Positions 25,402 to 38,900 of a DNA stretch of 64,000 nt are shown one piece after another (position 1 is the stretch's first letter; the number at the start of each line of letters is the position of its first letter). The position numbers were made by a program, and so were the translations under genes. The notes beneath the pieces are model-generated. The model had not been told where the DNA came from. It saw nothing but the letters and a program-made list of their open reading frames with translations, and searched no databases. This DNA comes from Octopus vulgaris (lineage: Eukaryota): contig OX597822.1 in the NCBI GenBank assembly GCA_951406725.2, forward strand, positions 46,438,001 to 46,502,000. The letters are read 5' to 3'.

Positions 25402-25520
25402 AAAGATTTGGCTGCTATTCCTACCATGCCCTGCTACCATGTAACAGCTATTTGTGATAAAGGACCCGAAATACCTGTTACGTGGTAGCAGTGCGTGTAA
25501 GAAATAGCAGCCAAATCTTT
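25402..25520. repeat. Hairpin, arms about 52 bp
   Basis: AAAGATTTGGCTGCTATT...GTAACAGCTATTT versus AAATACCTGTTAC...AATAGCAGCCAAATCTTT. Confidence 0.85.
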
Positions 25521-28519
25521 CTCTTTCTGATGAAAGGAGCCATTTATGCATGATTTCGATGTCACATTCGGTGTAAGCATGCGAAAAAACCTGGAAAAGG
25601 AAAAAAAATCCCACAAAACAAAACTCCGTTGCTGGGAAAACTCAGACTTTCCAGTTGACCCAATTGGTCACGGGTAATCTAATATAAATATTTAAAAAAA
25701 AAAACATCAGAAGAATTATCCAGATAAATGCTTTCTACAATTGCACCAGAATAAATGTCAACTGCTGTGGGATATGTCGATGAATCATTATCATTAATTC
25801 TATTTAATTATAAATCATTAAGTTACTCATTTTGTTGTGTGATGACATTACTTTTACTTGTTTCAGCCATTGGACTGCAGCCATAAAGGGACAATGCCTT
25901 GAAGGGTTTTTGTTGAACAAATTGACTTCAGTACTTAGGTTTTTATTTTTTTTTTAAATCTGGTACTTATTCTATCAGTCGCATTTGCTGAACTGCTAAG
26001 TTATGGGGGATGTAAACAAAAAAAAGTAGGGAAAAAAGAGCACTGGTTGCCAAGTAACAGAAGGGGTGATAAACAGACACAACCCATACTAGCATGGAAA
26101 ATGGACGTTAAACGATGATGATAAAGAATGACAAATGCACATTCACACCCACACAAGCATACGCACATATACACACACATACACACACACACACACACAA
26201 TGGGCTTCCACACTGTTTCTGTCTACCAAATTTACTTACAAGGCAATGGTTAGTCAGAGACTATAGTGAAAGATGCCTAAGATGCCACAGAGTGGGAGTG
26301 AACTTGAAACCATGTGGTTGCAAAACAAGCTTCTTAGCTACAGGGGCATGCCTGACGATCCCTTTATGGCTAGGATTAATGAAATTTTTTAACTTAAGAA
26401 TTCTAAAGGTTTCTGCTAGAAACTCCAAATTAAACATATTAATGTCAGGCAAAATGTCAGCCAAGCAAAATACATTTCTGTACTAAGATTTTGTAAGGTC
26501 TCTAAAATTATTGGCACTATACAAACACAATCTTCAAAGACAGTAGATGTAACAAAAGAATCATCATCATAATTGTTTAATGTCTGCTTTCCATGCTGGT
26601 ATGGGTTGGGTGATTGACTGAGGACTGGCAAGCCAGGAGGCTGCACCAGACACCAGTCTGATCTGGCAGGGTTTCTACAGCTGGATGCCCTTCCTAACAC
26701 CAACCACTCCAAGAGTGTAGTAGGTGCTTTTTACATGCCACCGGCAAGGGGACCAGTTAGATGGCACTGACATCGACCATGCTCGAATGGTGCTTTTTAC
26801 ATGCCACCAGCACAGGAGCCAGTCAGGCAGCACTGGCATTGGCCATGCTCGAATGGTGCTTTTTACGTGCCACCAACCCAGGAGCCAGTCAGATGGCACT
26901 AACATCAACCACGCTCAAATGGTGCTTTTTATGTGCCACCAGCATAGGAGCCAGTCAGACAACACTGGCATCAGCCAGATATAAAGACACGCACACATAA
27001 ATATATACATATATGATGGGCTTCTTTTCAGTTTCCCCCTATCAAATCCATTCACAAGGTTTTGGTTGGCCTGAGGCTATAGTAGAAGACCTTTGCCCAA
27101 GGTAAATTGTGTTCTGTAATAAATCCACAGAGTTTAAGACTAGATTTCATAAAATCAATCACTTTTAAACTGTAATTTGTCCTGGATCGTAGGGCGACAT
27201 GCTGTGCTTGAGGAGACCTATTGAGTCAAATATATCAAAATCAAGATCAAATCAAATCACAATCAAATGGAAATTGTAGTTGTGGTCCCCATGCTGATGG
27301 CACATAAAAAGCACCATCCTATCGTGGTCAATGCCAGCCCCTTTTGGCTCCTGTGCCAGTGACATGTAAAAAAGCACACACTACACTCTTGGAGTGGTTG
27401 GCGTTAGGAAGGACATCCAGTTGTAGAAGCACTGCCAGATCAGACTGGAGCCTGGTGTAGCCTCCTGGCTTCCCAGATCCCAGTCAAACCGGCCAACCCA
27501 TGCCAGCATGAAAAACGGACATGAAACGATGATGATGATGATGTTGTTTTTAAGTGTTATTGGTGCAACACTCTTTTTTCATACTGCAGTGCACAGACCT
27601 ACACACCTACCCTTACTATTTCTTTATCCCTATTTTCTCTTGTATTCATTTTACACCATCAGGATATTCCCTCACTATCTCTCTCTCTTTCCACTTTCTT
27701 GCTGGGGAAGCCATGTTTTCAACTCTTCCTGTCCCTCTATCATACTTTCATTTCCTTCAGCACTATATCCCATTCATTTAATGGGCCTTGTGAGTATTTG
27801 CTGACCTCTCTGGTGCCACAAAAATCCACGAAGTACACTTTGTAAGGTAGTTGGAATTAGGGAGGACAACCAAACTGCAGAAACCATTCCAAAGCAGACA
27901 TTGACACTTGTTGTAACCCCTCTCCCATGTCAGCTCCTCTTGAACCATCCAACCCATACCACATGGAAAAGGGCCATTAAATGATAATGAGATGTAGGCA
28001 TGGATGTGTGGTTAAGAAGTTTACTTCACAAGAAACACGCTGTCTCAGGGTTCAGTCCCACTGCATTGCACCTTGGACAAGTGTCTTTTACTATAGTCCT
28101 AGATTAAGTAAAACATTGTAAGTGAATTTGGCATATGGAACCTGAGAGAGGAGCCATTGTGTGTGTGTGTGTGTTGTAGTTTTGACATTGCATTCTAATT
28201 GTAAATGAATGTCACTGTCATCCAAGTGGTGTTTGTTTGCAATCTTCCATGTAAATATTCTTGCTGAAACTATCATTCTTGTTTGAACAATTTGTGGAAA
28301 TATTAGCTTACTGGAAAAGCAGGCAAGAGTTGGCAACAGGAAAATCATCTGGCTGCAGAAAATCCACTTCAATGAATTTCATATGACCTTGCATGTATTA
28401 AAAAGTAAATATTATAATAATGATGATCACGGTAGTTGTGATTGTGGTGGCAGCAGTGGCATTATTATTATTATTATTATTATCATCATCATCATCATAT
28501 GTTTGACTTCTGTTTTCAC

Positions 28520-28720
28520 CCAGAGGCCTCAAGAGAGAAGTTAGAAGTTCGTGTTGGTGTTATGCCTAGGGTGTCATGTATTTGGTTTTATACATAGTGT
28601 TGTTCTAGAGAATGTTTAAGAAACCATAAGAAAATTATGTGTTTGTTTTAAAATTTGAGATTACATAGACAGTATTTTATGTAGGATATGGGCAGTTCCC
28701 ATGAGCACTATCTTTTGAAA
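28520..28720 (-). mobile_element. 3' end of an RLE-type (R4/Dong-like) LINE
   Basis: Minus strand QKIVLMGTAHILHKILSM*, the same terminal motif as at 62640-62690. Confidence 0.6.
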
Positions 28721-31700
28721 CTTGTTGTTCATGATGATGATGATGAGGAGGAGGAGGAGGAGGAGTATCCAGTTGTAGAAACCTTGCCAGATCAGATTGG
28801 AGCCTGGTGCAGCCTTCTGGCTTGCCAGCCTTCAGTCAAACTGTCCAACCCACACCAACATGGAAAGCGGACGACAATGATGATGAAGATTATTATTATT
28901 ATTGAATGAGAGAACTGTATGTGCCATTAAAAGTGATATTGGGTACAAATATATGAAGTCCAATATATCCATCATGACTACCCGTATTATAAGGGTACAT
29001 TAGGCATATGCATCACAAGTATATGTGAGCAACATGGTAACCTCATATCAAGATAAACAGCGCATGACCTTGCAGGTGGGTGCCCAGTTAGAATTTTCTT
29101 TATGTCAAGTAATCCATCTCACTCAAAAGGTCTCTGAATAAGATTTGTTTAAGGATGTTGAACAAAGCACCCATGTCTCCAGAGATTGATTATTCAGACC
29201 CCACAGAATTCTTCTCAATACATGGCATTGATGCTCCTCCACTACTCCTGCTCGTGATCAGAGATGCACATATCGTCAGCCATTAAGGGACATGCTCAAC
29301 CGATTAAGGTCAAACAACTGACAAGCAAATCTGTGGTATTGAGCAGAATATTTGCTGTAACCCTTCTTTTATACCATGACAAAGCATGTACATGGTAAAA
29401 CTTCCATATATCACAAATACATAATTTGCAGAATCCTTTGAGTTCTTTTTACTCATAATAAACCAAGCAGAAAATATTTCCTGTGTCAACAACTTCGATG
29501 CCACTTGAGTTTCTTTGGTAAGGTGCAGTCTCCTTGTGTTATCTTTATTATTTTCATCTCTGCACAAATATCCATATTTTCTTCTACTCTCATAACAAAT
29601 TTTACAAACAAACAACGTGACATCACAAAATTTTCACAAGCCACATGTAAAACTATACAAACACTAACATTTATGAAAATATAGTATAGATTACACTTGA
29701 AACTTATACAGCCATATCAAGTGGAATAATGTGATATATTAGAACATTAGAAAGCTAACATTTGATATATTTTCATTGTTATCTTTCTAATTTATTATAC
29801 AAATAAGAACCACAAAGTGGAGACTAAGTGATATGATATATCACGTGACTGTATCACATTATTCATAGTCTCCAATTGCTGATCCTCATTGGCATTGTGC
29901 TCATGGTTTAGAAGAAGATTTGGCACTACTGCCTGATTGGCACTCATGCCAGTGGAACGTTAAAAACACATCTGTGTGTGATTGTTGCCAGGGCCACAGA
30001 TTGGCTCCCATGCCAGTGGCACATAAAAATCACCATTCGAGCATGATCATTTCCAGCATCGCCTTACTGGCACATGTGCTGGTGGCACAGGAAAAACATG
30101 ATGATGATTAATGAATATGTATAGACAAATGTTTTCTCCTATAGCCACAAGCCGACCAGAGCCTTGTCAGTAGATGTGGTAGACAGAAACTGAAAAAAGT
30201 CTATCATGTGTGCATATGTCTGTGTGTGTGTGTGTGTGTGCATGTTTCTCCTTGTCTTGACATTACATGGTTGTTATAAATAAATGTCATTCATTTCCAA
30301 TATTCTGCAAAAGAAAAAAAGAAAAATATAATTGTCTGGGCATGTGTATTCTTTTGTAGCAGTGTCAATATAAAGACATACATACACATATATACATTTG
30401 TATAAATACATACACACAAACATATATACGTGTGTATAAATACACACACACACACACACACATTGTATCAATAAAATTCCTAGCAATTCAATGACTCAAT
30501 TTCAGAGCTAAATATTTATAGAACATAACAATAGAGATAACACATCTGTTGACACAAAATACAAATAAATGCATATATCTATATAAAAGCACCTGTGCTG
30601 GTGCTGTATATAAAGCTCCAGTCCACAGCATGAAAAAAAGCATCTTGCTCAAAGATACAATGCACCCCTGGGTATTGAACTTACAACCTTACAATCATGG
30701 GCCAAACACCCTAACTTCTAAGTCATGCACCTTCACCCTGCTGCTGCTGCTTTTATTAATACTATTTAACACAATGACTATTTTCATTATTCCTTCTCAA
30801 ATTAAGATAAAGTAAGTACCAGAGGCGTGCTGCCTGGGGAGACAAGGTAAGCAGTGCCTACCCTAAATAAAATAGATCGATAGCAACATTTTCATTTTTT
30901 GGCAAAATATGCACCTAATTCAATAAAATTATGAAGGTTACTCTGATTATTATGCATAAAATGTAAAATGCTTTATTTTTCTGTAGATTAGGTAGGCATA
31001 ATTCGCCCCTGCCTTTCAATCTCAGTATTAAAACTATGCATTGAACTGCTGTAGTACACATGCTGCGTACATTCCTACAACAACGTTTTCTCTACGTGCT
31101 ATAAAGGCAGAAGTAAATCTACCTCCAACTCAGTTGTTTGCCTGTGTTTCGCTTATTTTTTGTGTGTTTTACTACATAAATGGCATGTGCCTGGTAAGTA
31201 CCAGTAATATACTATGGTTTAGTAAGTTGAAAGTAAGCCTTTTACTCTTTATAGAGCATAGACCATCAACAATTTTCCTCCACTGTCCATGACCATACTC
31301 TCATTTCTTTGTCAGAGACTACATTGTCAACCTTCTTTATCAAGGCAGCAGGGTGTGATCTGAGTGATGTCTTGCTGTTATTTCTAGTAGTTTGGATGAC
31401 TATGTAGAGGCTCCCACTTTAAATGTTTTAAAGCATTTTTAAAAAATATAATGTCAATTAGTGTCAATGTAAATGAGACATAAACTACACAAAGCAATCA
31501 ATTGCGTTCAAATAAATACAGATCTATGAAAAGACACCATTACACTTGTGTCTATGATTATTTGGAAAGGAGGGGGGTGCTGTAGTAACAATACAGGAAG
31601 AGAGGGAGGGAGAAACAGTAAGTTTACATAGAACAGCTGTTACTTGTGTGTGTGTGTGATTTATTGTAGGTTTTGTTATTGCTTTTGTTGTTATTGTCAG

Positions 31701-31949
31701 TGATATTTGAAATTCTGTTTCATTTTAGATCATACATTCTCTATAACATGAATATTCTATGCATGTATATTTAAGCAAATTACATGCTTACATGCACAAA
31801 GCGGTCCATATTGACATATTGGGAAAAAAGAGCATTTGTGGATGTGTGCATGTGTGTTTGAAGGTAAATCACACTCATACTTGAATGTGCAAAATTTATA
31901 GATACGTATTGGGAAAGTAGATTTCTGTGTGTGCATGTGTGTGTATATG

Positions 31950-32493
31950 AAGAGCTCTGCTCGAAACGTTAAACTCTCCTTTTTTCCTGAGCATCCAATA
32001 ATACTATATTTGTTCCACGCCCTCGCGTTGTTGTGTTTTTTTGTGCTTTCTTGTTTGGATTAACTTTATATACCGCACACTCACATGGACCCCGGCCCTC
32101 CAAGTGCCTTGGATACCAATTCCTGGATTTTTACACCTACGGATTACTGTTACCATTCTTCCGGAGTACGTCACTGAAATCGTGATTGGAAATCAAAAAG
32201 ATTTGTCCATGACTCTTCCACTTTTTCCTCGTCCTTTTTTACCTTTCTTCTTCTACTTCCAATTTTCCACTTGTGTCGCCACCACTTACACCTCAAAATG
32301 TGACCTCATGTGTACCGTTGGCGATTTTTTTTTTCCTCTGTCTTCCTTTCTCTGGATCTTTCCTTCTCCTATGTTTCCGACGAAGAGCTCCGCTCGAAAC
32401 GTTAAACCCTCCTTCTTTCCTGAGCGTCCAATAATACTATATTTGTTCCACGTCCTCGCGTTGTTGTGTTTTTTTGTGCTTTCTTGTTTGATT

Positions 32494-32500
<7 letters not shown>
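31950..32500 (+). mobile_element. Direct-repeat-bounded Penelope/retrozyme-like element with hammerhead
   Basis: About 120-bp direct repeats (31950-32070 and 32383-32500), period 433 nt. Both contain GAGC-nnn-GCTC GAAACGTT AAAC; flanked by microsatellites. Confidence 0.65.
32373..32407 (+). ncRNA. Minimal type I hammerhead ribozyme motif
   Basis: GTTT (stem I) CCGACGA (core, U4C) A GAGC-tcc-GCTC (stem II) GAA ACGT (palindromic stem III) T^ AAAC (stem I'). Confidence 0.65.
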
Positions 32501-32531
<31 letters not shown>

Positions 32532-32788
32532 CTAATTTAATTAATTTTCTGAGTGTCTGTCTTAATTGAAACAGCTGTAAAGGATGTTTATTCTTTCATT
32601 TGTTTCAGTCATTTGACTGTGGCCATGCTGGAGTACTGCCTTTAGTCGAACAAATCGACCCCCAGGATTTATTCTTTGTAAGCCTAGTACTTATTCTATT
32701 GGTCTCTTGCTGAACCACTAAGTTACGGGGACATAAACACACCAACATCGGTTGTCGAGCGATGTGGAGGAACAAACACAGACACACA

Positions 32789-32852
<64 letters not shown>

Positions 32853-33084
32853 TATATGTGTGTGTATGTATATATATATATATATATATATACATACATA
32901 CATATATATATGTGTGTGTATGTATTACATATATATTATATATATGTATATATTTACATATATATATATATATATATCACCGTGACCGACCAGGCTATCA
33001 AATGTTGCTACACATCGCTGGTCACAATGCGCTTCGCATTGTTTTAGCCTTCAAATGACGCTACCCCGCTAGCTAAGCGAGCAG

Positions 33085-33131
<47 letters not shown>

Positions 33132-33137
<6 letters not shown>

Positions 33138-33192
33138 TTAACAATTAAGGATAACTTCTTATTAAGAAGTTATCCTTAATTGTTAAATTTAT
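33132..33192. repeat. Perfect 30-bp-arm palindrome with 1-nt spacer
   Basis: ATAAATTTAACAATTAAGGATAACTTCTTA t TAAGAAGTTATCCTTAATTGTTAAATTTAT. Confidence 0.95.
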
Positions 33193-33517
33193 TCCGAAAT
33201 ACATTTCCTACCCGACATGCAGTTCAAAAAAGCCCGCCATTTACCGAATATATGATTTATAAACATTCCATGTACTTGGCCGGAGTGAATAGATGTCTGT
33301 TCGTCTTCCCTAGGTAAGGTTGGTGGTTTATTTATGATGTGTTCAGAATCAGTTCTGCTGAGGATCATAAATGTGAAATCACGGTGATACAGAACTAAAT
33401 TCATTTTTTAAATGTCTTGCTTTGAAGAACTGCATTTAGGTATGATTAGTGTAATTTTGGTAGTAATGACTTTGTCCCTCTTAGTTTGAGGCATTTATGT
33501 GTATTAATGCCCTCTAT

Positions 33518-33576
<59 letters not shown>

Positions 33577-33881
33577 GTATATACATATATATATACATAT
33601 TAAGGAATATAATTCCAAACTTACAGGGAAAATTTCAATTTAGAAATACTAATTCAAATTTCACAAAATATAATATATATATATATAAATTAGAATTGAT
33701 AAATAAGGGTGAAAAATTAGATATTAATTTAATAATACCATCAGTTTAACACCAAGTGGCTTAGCACATAAAAACCAGGGAGACAATACAAATTTATACA
33801 TAAATATAAGAGAGTTACCGTTAAGTGGTTAACTCTAGTACTAAAAATAGCTCCTTATTCTGGTATAGCCACAGAAGTTGT

Positions 33882-34170
33882 TTCCACAAAGAAATAACAT
33901 TACCCTCAATGTAAGGAAAGTGAAACAACGAAAAGATAGATTAATGCTGAACAATTGTTTCTTTATCAATATAATATGCAATTATACTCACATATTTATC
34001 TATAAGTCATCAGCAGCATTTGTCTTCGATACAATTTATTGGACCCTCACGAGCGTCAAGTACCCATGCGGTCCAATCGATTGATAAAAAAACAATTGTT
34101 CAGCATTAATCTATCTTTTCGTTGTGTTTCACTTTCCTTACGTTGAGGGTAATGTTATTTCTTTGTGGAA
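33882..34170. repeat. Inverted repeat, arms about 90 bp
   Basis: TTCCACAAAGAAATAACATTACCCTCAA...TTTATCAAT versus ATTGATAAA...TTGAGGGTAATGTTATTTCTTTGTGGAA. Confidence 0.9.
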
Positions 34171-35405
34171 AGATCAGATTGGGCCTGGTGCTGCCTTCTG
34201 GCTTCCCAGACCCCAGCTGAACCGTCCAACCCATGCTAGCATGGAAAGCGGACGCTAAATGATGATGATGATGATGATATATATCAAAATAAGCACAAGG
34301 ATATCCAGAGGTAATGCAGTACAATCTTTTCATGTAACTCCATTTAATTGAGCAATGTAATCATTACATCAATTTAAAATGTAGAGCAATCTTCAGCTGC
34401 ACAAAGACATAGAATTTAATTAAATTAGAACAGATGGACACATTAGTATAATTATGCCTAAAATTTCCAAGAACTTAAGGAGATAGACAAAGAACATGTT
34501 GTCTCTACTTCAGTATAGAAGCTACTAAGATTATCAAGGAGACTGCCTGCCACTGATATTTTGTCTATATGGGATCGTGTGTATATATATATATATAGAT
34601 ACACACAATCAGATTGAGCCTGGTGCAGCCTCTGGCTCACCAGTCCTCAATCAAACCGTCAAACCCATGCCAGCATGGAAAGCGGATATTAAACGATGAT
34701 GATGATGATACACACACAACAGGTTTCATATATTCAATTTTCCTCTACCAAATTCACTCCCAAGGCATTGAACGTTGGTTGGCCCAGGACCATAGTAGAT
34801 GACTCTTGCCGATGGTGATGTGCAATGGGACTGAACCCGAAACCATGTGGCTGCAAAGTAAATTTCTTAACCACACAGCCATACCCATGTCTCTTAATGA
34901 ATTAAAATTCTATAATTTATCATTTATGTTGGTGCACACTTTAAAGAGTTATGTCCATTGTGTCGAGAAATGCTTTATTTCTAATCACAAATGATGAGTT
35001 TGTTGGGTTTTTTTCACCCAAAGCTCATAAAGGTCATCTGATGACAGACTTTGAATGGCAACAGTTGTTTCTTAATAAATGAAAGGTTTTTTTTCCTACT
35101 GAGAATACTGTGTGTCTGATATGCATGTGTGTCTATGTGTAGATATAAATGTATATCTGTGTGTATGTATATATATGTATGTGCATGTAAATATTTGTAT
35201 GACTAAAACAAATAAAAAATAAAAGAAGTCCGGTATACTTTTACCAAATTGACACTACACACACATATGCACATGTACATAGAAACACATGTAGATGTTC
35301 TCTTGCTCTGTATGATGTAACAGCTTTTTGTTTTGTATGATGTAACAACAGACAAAAATTTAGAAATCCTTTTGGTGATTTCTCTCTATTCTGATCTATT
35401 TTCAG

Positions 35406-35974
35406 GTAAAACCCAGGAGCATGTGAACCATATAAAAGAAATTATAACACTACGAAAGATTATATCCACAACAGTACACACGAAATCATTATCACAGGTG
35501 CCAATCAAATTCACAAAACCTAGTAAACCACCCTTGAAAAATATCACCAAAAATGAAACCATCATAAAAAAAAGCCAATTAGACAAAGTATTACAAATTG
35601 GAGAGACATTAAAAAACAAAACACTGGAAAAACTGTCAGCGATCGGTGTGATAAAGACTCGTCCAGTGATAAAGTTTATAAGCGAGTCTTTCAAATTAGA
35701 TCTGAACATCACGATGATAGATCTTGCAGACTTCATGAAAGACACTCATAACTTGAACCAAGTCAAATTAACGAAAGGAGATATAAAAAAAAATATACCT
35801 TTGCAAAACAACTCCACTAAAACAGTGTCAAATGGTACTGCGGCCAGTTTGCTAACGAACAGTTTCTGTCGGTGCTTTCACGTGCAGTGTGTCTGTTGTG
35901 CTTGGATTAACATGACTAGACTGCACCTTAGTGAGAAAGCATGTGCAAATTTTACACTTTTACCAAAATTTCAA
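35406..35974 (+). CDS. Exon 2 of DUF4773-like protein (stem region and first cysteine cluster)
   Basis: Acceptor TTTTCAG| is phase 1. Open non-repetitive frame (G)KTQEHVNHIKE...FCRCFHVQCVCCAWINMTRLHLSEKACANFTLLPKFQ. Donor CAA|GTAAGT is phase 0. Confidence 0.9.
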
Positions 35975-38900
35975 GTAAGTACTACTGGGGTTCATTTGGT
36001 GTTTTTTTTTTTTTTTTTGTTATGGTTGTTTTTCCATGTTAGCATAAATGAATGTATACTAACGAGGTATTATTTTCACAGCCAGATACTCTTCATGTAG
36101 CTAACCCTTGATTAAGCATTTTTTTTGATTCCATGTTCTTTCAAAAGTGCAAAGCTACAGGACGATTTGCAAACAAGGAACGTCAACATCAATTTTGGGC
36201 TCAGACACTTTCATGTAAAAATGTGGAATGGAAGCATTCACAGGGATATATGCACTTACATACACACAACATATGCACACATACATACATACATACATAC
36301 ACACATATACACACACATACATGCATACATATATACATGCATGCATGGTGATTGCTCTATCATCACAGATGGTTGCTATCTTCTTGTGCATTCATATTTT
36401 CAATGGCATTTCTGATTTTCCATCCATGACCTCCCAGATAACTATTTAGTCCCCAGTGCAGGTCTGCATGATTTGAAGTGTAAGTGACCAATGAAAGTTG
36501 CAAGCACTGTGTACTTGCAATTAGGTCTGCACACATCATAACTCTTCTATCAGCGTAGCGCTTTCAGTAGATAGGTTGACCAATGAAAAAGACATCTGTA
36601 CATTATTGGAATATAATAATAAATGCTTGCACCACACAAGTGCCACTCCCTGACTCTCTGTAATTAATACCAAGTGACAGGCCGAAGAAAGATGAACAAT
36701 GATCACGTGAAACTACAGGTTTTATGGCAGAGTATTCCTCATGTAGAAGGTTGCTATGACACTAGCTAGGCAGGGTCACTCACTCATCAATGCAAGGTAA
36801 CCTTGGGCATGACTTCAAGCAATATCTTGTAGTGGGACTATGGTTCAAGAATTCCAGAATTTTAAGGAGTATGGAACCACCACTTAGCCACTATTGTTCT
36901 CAGGTCTAATCCAACCCAGATAAATAGCACCTGTCAGGGACATACATACATGCATGCATAGGTGTAATAGAAAAAAGTATGAACAGACCATGTCCAAGTA
37001 TCAAATCAATTTCTAACATATTGAAGACAGATATATAAAAATATAGCAGGGAACTATGTTGTATAGCCAGCTGGTGACGATGTCTCGTGGGGTTAAATTA
37101 CAGCAACGTTAGTCCTAAACCAGGATGCTATGTTATGCTGGCAAACAATCTTTACTACAAAGTACTGTTGCTGAATATCTCACGTTGTGAGATTCAAAAA
37201 TAGTAATTTTCTAATAGCAGGAAACCATGAAAAAGCTAGAGGCTGAAGAGTGATGATTTGATGCTGACGGGTACGTGTCTGGATGAGGTAGAAATAATTT
37301 CTCAGTGTTGAGTTGACCTATGTAAATAAGTAAAGTCCATGATATTGCAGGTGAAAAATCCATAAATGATAGAAAGGTAAGATGCTGGTAGTACTTTACA
37401 GCTGTTTCTGGAACAGCTGCATGTTAGATTTAGATCTGTGCATTTTATTTGCAACACAGAATGTGATATGTAACCCATCCCATCATCTGAAGATATGGTG
37501 TAGAGTACAGTTGTGGTTTATGCCAACTATAGAATTATACCACCCACACATAACAAGAAAACTTCTCACACACCCTACCACAACAAACTAAACTACTTCT
37601 CTACATCTCTTCTCTTCCTCACATTTCCGTTTCATGCACTATACTTACTTCCCACTCCCCAATCCTGTCCTCTTAGTCCTGTCTCACTGTATCATTGCTA
37701 TCTGCTAGCCCCTGATCTGTGTGTTCCACCCATATGTAACAAGAAAGCTTTTCACAAGCCCTACCCCCAACAAACCAATCTACATCTCTACATTTCTCTT
37801 CTTCACATTTCCTCCTTCATGCACTATGCCTCCCTCTCACTCCCCAATCCCGTCCTCTCAACCCTGTTTCTCTGTATCATTGCTATCTGGTAGACCCCCT
37901 CTCTCTTGGTAACCTTGTACCTCCTCTACAGCAAGACACCTGTCACCATCTCACCATAACCTTTCATCATCTAAGACAACATCACCTCCTCCAATCCCCC
38001 TCCCTTCTCAAAAGATTTTTGTCTTGCAGGTTACTTGGCAACCCTGTCAGTGCAGGTGCCACTTAAAAAGCATCCAATCCACACTGTAAAGTGGTTGGCA
38101 TTTGGAAGGGCATCCAGCTGTAAAAACTATGCCAAAACTGACCTTGCCTGTGCTTATGCCACATAAAAAGCACCAAGTCCACTCTGCTGGGTACTTGGTG
38201 TTAGGAAGGGCATCCAGCTGTAAAAATCCTGCCAAAACAGTTACAGAAGCCTGGTGCAGGCTTCTGACTGGCCAGCTCCTGTCAAACCGTCCCACCTATG
38301 CCAACATGGAAGGTGGACATTAAACAATGATGATGATGATATAGTATACTTGTAAAATATACTAGCTATTGTAACTTCTTAATGCTAAAGGTGACAAAGT
38401 TATCTCTAAGAAGCTCAACTTGCTAGAAATAGTAACCCTATTGCCACTTAAACTACCACTCTCTAAAAAAGGAAAGTCTCATTATATAATGTCATTCAAA
38501 ATAATCTATATCTAATTAAAAGACAGAATGGTCACAGCTGAAAAATATTTGATTATCTCTCTCCTAGATTAGGATGGAATTAGGATTAAGCAACAATAAC
38601 ATCTGCTGCAAAAGTTGACCAATCTTTTAATGAAAGAAATAGTTAAAATCTCTTTGCTGTTTCCAGATGTTGTCAGTGAATTGCTGCAACTTTCAGGCAT
38701 AAAATGTTTGAATTGAGTTTAACAAAACAATGGAGGTAGAAGTTAATTTATATTATGAGACATTTTCAGTAGTAGTATTGACATTTTCAACATTTTATTA
38801 CCGGCAAGATTTTTTATCGGTACATTTTGAAATGGAATCTGGTACAGCTTGAAATGTGTGGAGAACGCAAACCTTGTGGTAATTATAAATGAAATGAGTT

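Noticed and set aside
29310-29615. Cys-containing minus-strand ORF (similar case at 47874-48083) resembling a piggyBac C-terminal domain
   Set aside because: Too degenerate; no TTAA/TIR ends or catalytic motifs found.
35333-36100. 255-aa single-exon ORF as listed in the track
   Set aside because: Only 35406-35974 is exonic; the extensions run through the acceptor tract and past the GTAAGT donor into poly-T.
37542-37893. Two diverged tandem units of about 186 bp
   Set aside because: Old pyrimidine-rich duplication upstream of an RTE-type tail; no sign of function.
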